Below, one piece after another: positions 29,225 through 32,000 of a stretch of 32,000 nucleotides of DNA (its first letter is position 1; every line of letters begins with the position of its first letter). The stretch lies in NCBI GenBank assembly GCA_963699255.1, contig OY969425.1:270001-302000 (forward strand), read 5' to 3'. This DNA is from an uncultured bacterium. Its GTDB lineage: Bacteria; Margulisbacteria; WOR-1; CAVSGV01. The position numbers and the translations under genes were made by a program. Below the pieces are notes generated by a model. The model was not told the DNA's origin. It did not search any database and saw nothing but the letters and a program-made list of their open reading frames with translations.

Positions 29225-30391
29225 ATGCAGGAAAAAAACGGCAAAAAACTGAAAAGGGAAAAGTGCAAATATTTAAAAGGTAAAAAAATACTTCCTCCGC
29301 CTATCAGAAAAGATGATTCTCTCTCCGACTTGATCGACCGTCACATGCTTGCTTATAACGGGGGCCGTATACGGGCCGCCTGCCATCTCCTGAAAGAAAA
29401 AATGATGAAACCCGATGTTACGGTTTGCATGACACTCGCGGGAGCTTTGACCCCTGCGGGACTTGGCGCGTCAAGCTTGATACCGCTCATCAAGGAGGGT
29501 TTTGTGGATTGGATCATCGCGACGGGCGCCAATATTTATCATGACATGCACTTTGCTTTCAATATGGACCTGAGGCAGGGCTCCCACATGATGAACGATA
29601 CGGAACTCAGGAAAAGCGGGGTCGTGCGCATTTATGACATTGTCCTTGATAATAACGTCCTGCTTAAGACCGATGCCATTTTAAGGCATATGCTTGCGAG
29701 ACCCGAGTTCCAGAAAGAAATGGGGACATGCGAGTTCTATTACAAGCTCGGGAAACTTCTTTATGAAAAAGAGAGGGCATCGGGGCTGAAAGACGCAAGC
29801 GTTCTCTCGGCTTGCTACCAGAACGATGTCCCTGTGTTCACGTCCAGTCCAGGGGATTCCACCATAGGCATGGATATCGCCAGCATGGAGCTGATATCGA
29901 AGAAATTCAGGTTGAGGATAAACCCGAGCATTGACGTGAACGAATCGACATCTATAGTTTATGCGGCAAAGGCAAAAGGCGGGAAAACGGGGGTCATCAT
30001 TTGCGGAGGGGGGTCCCCGAAGAACTTTCTTCTTCAGACCGAACCGCAGATACAGGAAGTCCTGATGATACCGGATGTAGGGCAGGACTACTTTTTGCAA
30101 ATAACGGATGCGCGTCCCGATACCGGAGGACTTTCCGGCGCAACGCCGTCAGAAGCTGTGAGCTGGGGCAAAGTGGATCCCGACAACATTGGTGATGCGG
30201 TCATTGTCTACAGCGACGCTACCATAGTGCTTCCGCTGGTGACCTCTTATCTTTTGCAGAACGTAAAGCCGAGGAAGTTGAAAAGACTGTACAAAGAAAA
30301 AGGGGAGAGTCTCGATCTGCTCAAAAAAGCATTCCATAAGCACAATACTTATTTTAAGGAGATAAATGCCATCCTCGACAAAAATGCCTAA
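29225..30391 (+). CDS. Deoxyhypusine synthase-like family protein
   Basis: 388 aa; LAGALTPAGLGASSLIPLIKEGFVDWIIATGANIYHD, VFTSSPGDSTIGM, GVIICGGGSPKNFLLQTEP, DTGGLSGATPSEAVSWGKV (catalytic Lys motif context). Confidence 0.9.
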   Translation: MQEKNGKKLKREKCKYLKGKKILPPPIRKDDSLSDLIDRHMLAYNGGRIRAACHLLKEKMMKPDVTVCMTLAGALTPAGLGASSLIPLIKEGFVDWIIATGANIYHDMHFAFNMDLRQGSHMMNDTELRKSGVVRIYDIVLDNNVLLKTDAILRHMLARPEFQKEMGTCEFYYKLGKLLYEKERASGLKDASVLSACYQNDVPVFTSSPGDSTIGMDIASMELISKKFRLRINPSIDVNESTSIVYAAKAKGGKTGVIICGGGSPKNFLLQTEPQIQEVLMIPDVGQDYFLQITDARPDTGGLSGATPSEAVSWGKVDPDNIGDAVIVYSDATIVLPLVTSYLLQNVKPRKLKRLYKEKGESLDLLKKAFHKHNTYFKEINAILDKNA

Positions 30392-31514
30392 GAACCTGAA
30401 GGTGCTGGCGAAAAAATACGGAACGCCCTTGCTTGTGATAGACCATGCAAGGATCAGGGATAAATACGCCCAATTCAGAAAACATCTGCCGAGGATAGGC
30501 GTGTATTACGCCATAAAAGCAAATCCGGAACCGGATATAATCAAGACACTTCACGCCCTTAACAGCGGATTTGATGTCGCGAGCCAGGAAGAATTCGAGA
30601 TGGTCATGGCCGCCGTGCCAAGGTCCGTGCTGAAAAAGAAGATCGATTTTGTTTACAACGACGTCATCCTCGCGAACACCATAAAGCCTGTCGAGACGCT
30701 GAAGAAGATGATCCCGTACAGGACTTTGATGACCTTTGACAACCTCGATGAGTTGAAGAAGATAAAAAAGTATTGTCCCAATGCCGGGCTTATCATCAGG
30801 CTGAGAGTCCCGAACATTGGTTCCGTTGTCGAGCTCTCTTCCAAATTCGGCATCGAGCCGTCCCAGGCCATGCCTCTTATAGACGCTGCGATAGGGATGG
30901 GCGTGGACGTGGAGGGGATCAGCTTCCACGTTGGGAGCCAGTGTCTGAACATTGAAAATTACATGAATGCCTTTAATGCCGCCTCTGAACTCCTCAGATC
31001 CGCAAGAAGCAAAGGATATAATGTGAGGCTGATAAACATCGGCGGAGGTTTTCCGGCGAATTATGAGGGAGTGGACGTGTCGTTCCCCGCGTTCGCAAAA
31101 AAACTTTCGCAGGAGATCGACAGGCTTTTCTCGAAAGAGATCGAGATTGTGGCCGAGCCGGGCCGGTACCTTGTGGCGGAGTCGGCAAAACTGGTCGTAA
31201 AGATCATCGGCAAAGCTTACAGGGACGGCAAGACGTTCTATTACATCAATGACGGAGTATATAATACTCTGTCAGGCGTTATTTTTGACCACTGCGTATA
31301 CCATTTCCACGCTTTTAAGGGAGGCAAGGCATCGACAAGCGCCGTGGTCGGGCCGACCTGCGACGCGCTTGACACCGTTTCATTGAGCGAGAACCTGCCG
31401 GACATGGAGATCGGCGACCTATTATATGTAAATGACATCGGAGCCTACAGCAGCGCGTCGGCGACGAACTTCAATGGTTTTGCAAAGGCGAAGATAGTCC
31501 ATATCAACAAATAA
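30384..31514 (+). CDS. Type III PLP-dependent ornithine (or related diamine) decarboxylase (track start 30366; ATG at 30384 gives only an 8-nt overlap)
   Basis: GVYYAIKANPEPDIIKTL (PLP Lys), FHVGSQC, LINIGGGFPANYEG, EPGRYLVAE, VVGPTCDALDTV (ODC-type GPTCDxLD). Confidence 0.85.
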   Translation: MPKNLKVLAKKYGTPLLVIDHARIRDKYAQFRKHLPRIGVYYAIKANPEPDIIKTLHALNSGFDVASQEEFEMVMAAVPRSVLKKKIDFVYNDVILANTIKPVETLKKMIPYRTLMTFDNLDELKKIKKYCPNAGLIIRLRVPNIGSVVELSSKFGIEPSQAMPLIDAAIGMGVDVEGISFHVGSQCLNIENYMNAFNAASELLRSARSKGYNVRLINIGGGFPANYEGVDVSFPAFAKKLSQEIDRLFSKEIEIVAEPGRYLVAESAKLVVKIIGKAYRDGKTFYYINDGVYNTLSGVIFDHCVYHFHAFKGGKASTSAVVGPTCDALDTVSLSENLPDMEIGDLLYVNDIGAYSSASATNFNGFAKAKIVHINK

Positions 31515-31532
31515 AAAAGGAGTGATGATAAA

Positions 31533-32000
31533 ATGAAGAACGGTCAATTTAACGGAAAAATCCTTGTTATCGGATGCGGCTCGGTCGCACAGTGCGCCAT
31601 TCCCCTGATACCAAGGATCCTCGGAGTTCCCCATCAGAACATAAGCATAATCGATTTCGTTGATAACAGGCACCGCATAAGAGATTCGTTAAAGATGGGC
31701 ATGTCGTACGATGTGGACAGGATAACGCCGGAAAATTACTCCGTACTCTTAAAAAAATATGTCGGCCCGGGAGACCTTATCATAGACCTTGCCTGGAACA
31801 TCGAGACGAAAACGATGCTGCAGTGGTGCAGGAAGAACGGGGTCCTGTACGTTAACACATCCGTTGAAGAATGGGACCCGTATAAAGACAAAGAGAGGAA
31901 AGATCCGACCAGATACACGCTTTACTTCAGGCAGATGCAGATTAAGGAAATGATAAATAGGTGGGGGGACAACGAGGGCCCGACCGCGATAGTGGACCAC
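31533..32000 (+). CDS. Homospermidine synthase, N-terminal part (runs off window end)
   Basis: Translation MKNGQFNGKILVIGCGSVAQCAIPLIPRILGVPHQNISIIDFVDNRHRIRDSLKMG...LIIDLAWNIETKTMLQWCRKNGVLYVNTSVEEWDPYKD...RYTLYFRQMQ...NEGPTAIVDH; AAAAAAGGAG RBS; absent from the ORF track. Confidence 0.88.
   Translation, partial: MKNGQFNGKILVIGCGSVAQCAIPLIPRILGVPHQNISIIDFVDNRHRIRDSLKMGMSYDVDRITPENYSVLLKKYVGPGDLIIDLAWNIETKTMLQWCRKNGVLYVNTSVEEWDPYKDKERKDPTRYTLYFRQMQIKEMINRWGDNEGPTAIVDH

Noticed and set aside
29681-30929. Minus-strand ORFs (139 and 191 aa) opposite the DHS-like and ODC-like genes
   Set aside because: Opposite strongly supported conserved coding sequences; no homology features recognised.

Overview
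All product names come from reading protein motifs; no database search was run. The window is a bacterial chromosomal segment, probably from a diderm candidate-phylum lineage (inference only). (1) 1-6010, minus strand: flagellar export/switch/hook operon, transcribed fliK-flgD-flgE/G-like-fliM-fliN-fliO-fliP-fliQ-fliR-flhB. flhB is partial, has a TTG start and is missing from the ORF track. (2) tRNA-Leu(GAG), EamA-type transporter, murF and rho, all minus strand. (3) 10217-26795, minus strand: about 16.6 kb of closely packed genes that is the unusual part of the window. It encodes two giant paralogous secreted proteins built from collagen-like GXX blocks, very long 'AXX' alanine-every-third-residue tracts, 'VGIGTTSP' and 'TNKTxDG' phage-tail-fibre-like motifs, and glycine-rich sheets. 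Two glycine-rich tail-tip-like secreted proteins, an IPT/FlgD-Ig-like protein and a PorV/UPF0164-like barrel with an SLH-like C-terminus follow. The second giant gene is split into two ORFs by a 1-nt frameshift at an A5 tract, inferred by comparison with its paralogue. (4) A small secreted protein, an orphan histidine kinase and queF, minus strand. (5) Plus-strand polyamine cluster: deoxyhypusine-synthase-like protein, ornithine-decarboxylase-like protein, and a partial homospermidine synthase that is also missing from the track. Several short palindromic interspersed elements are present, one apparently inserted in frame near the 3' end of queF.
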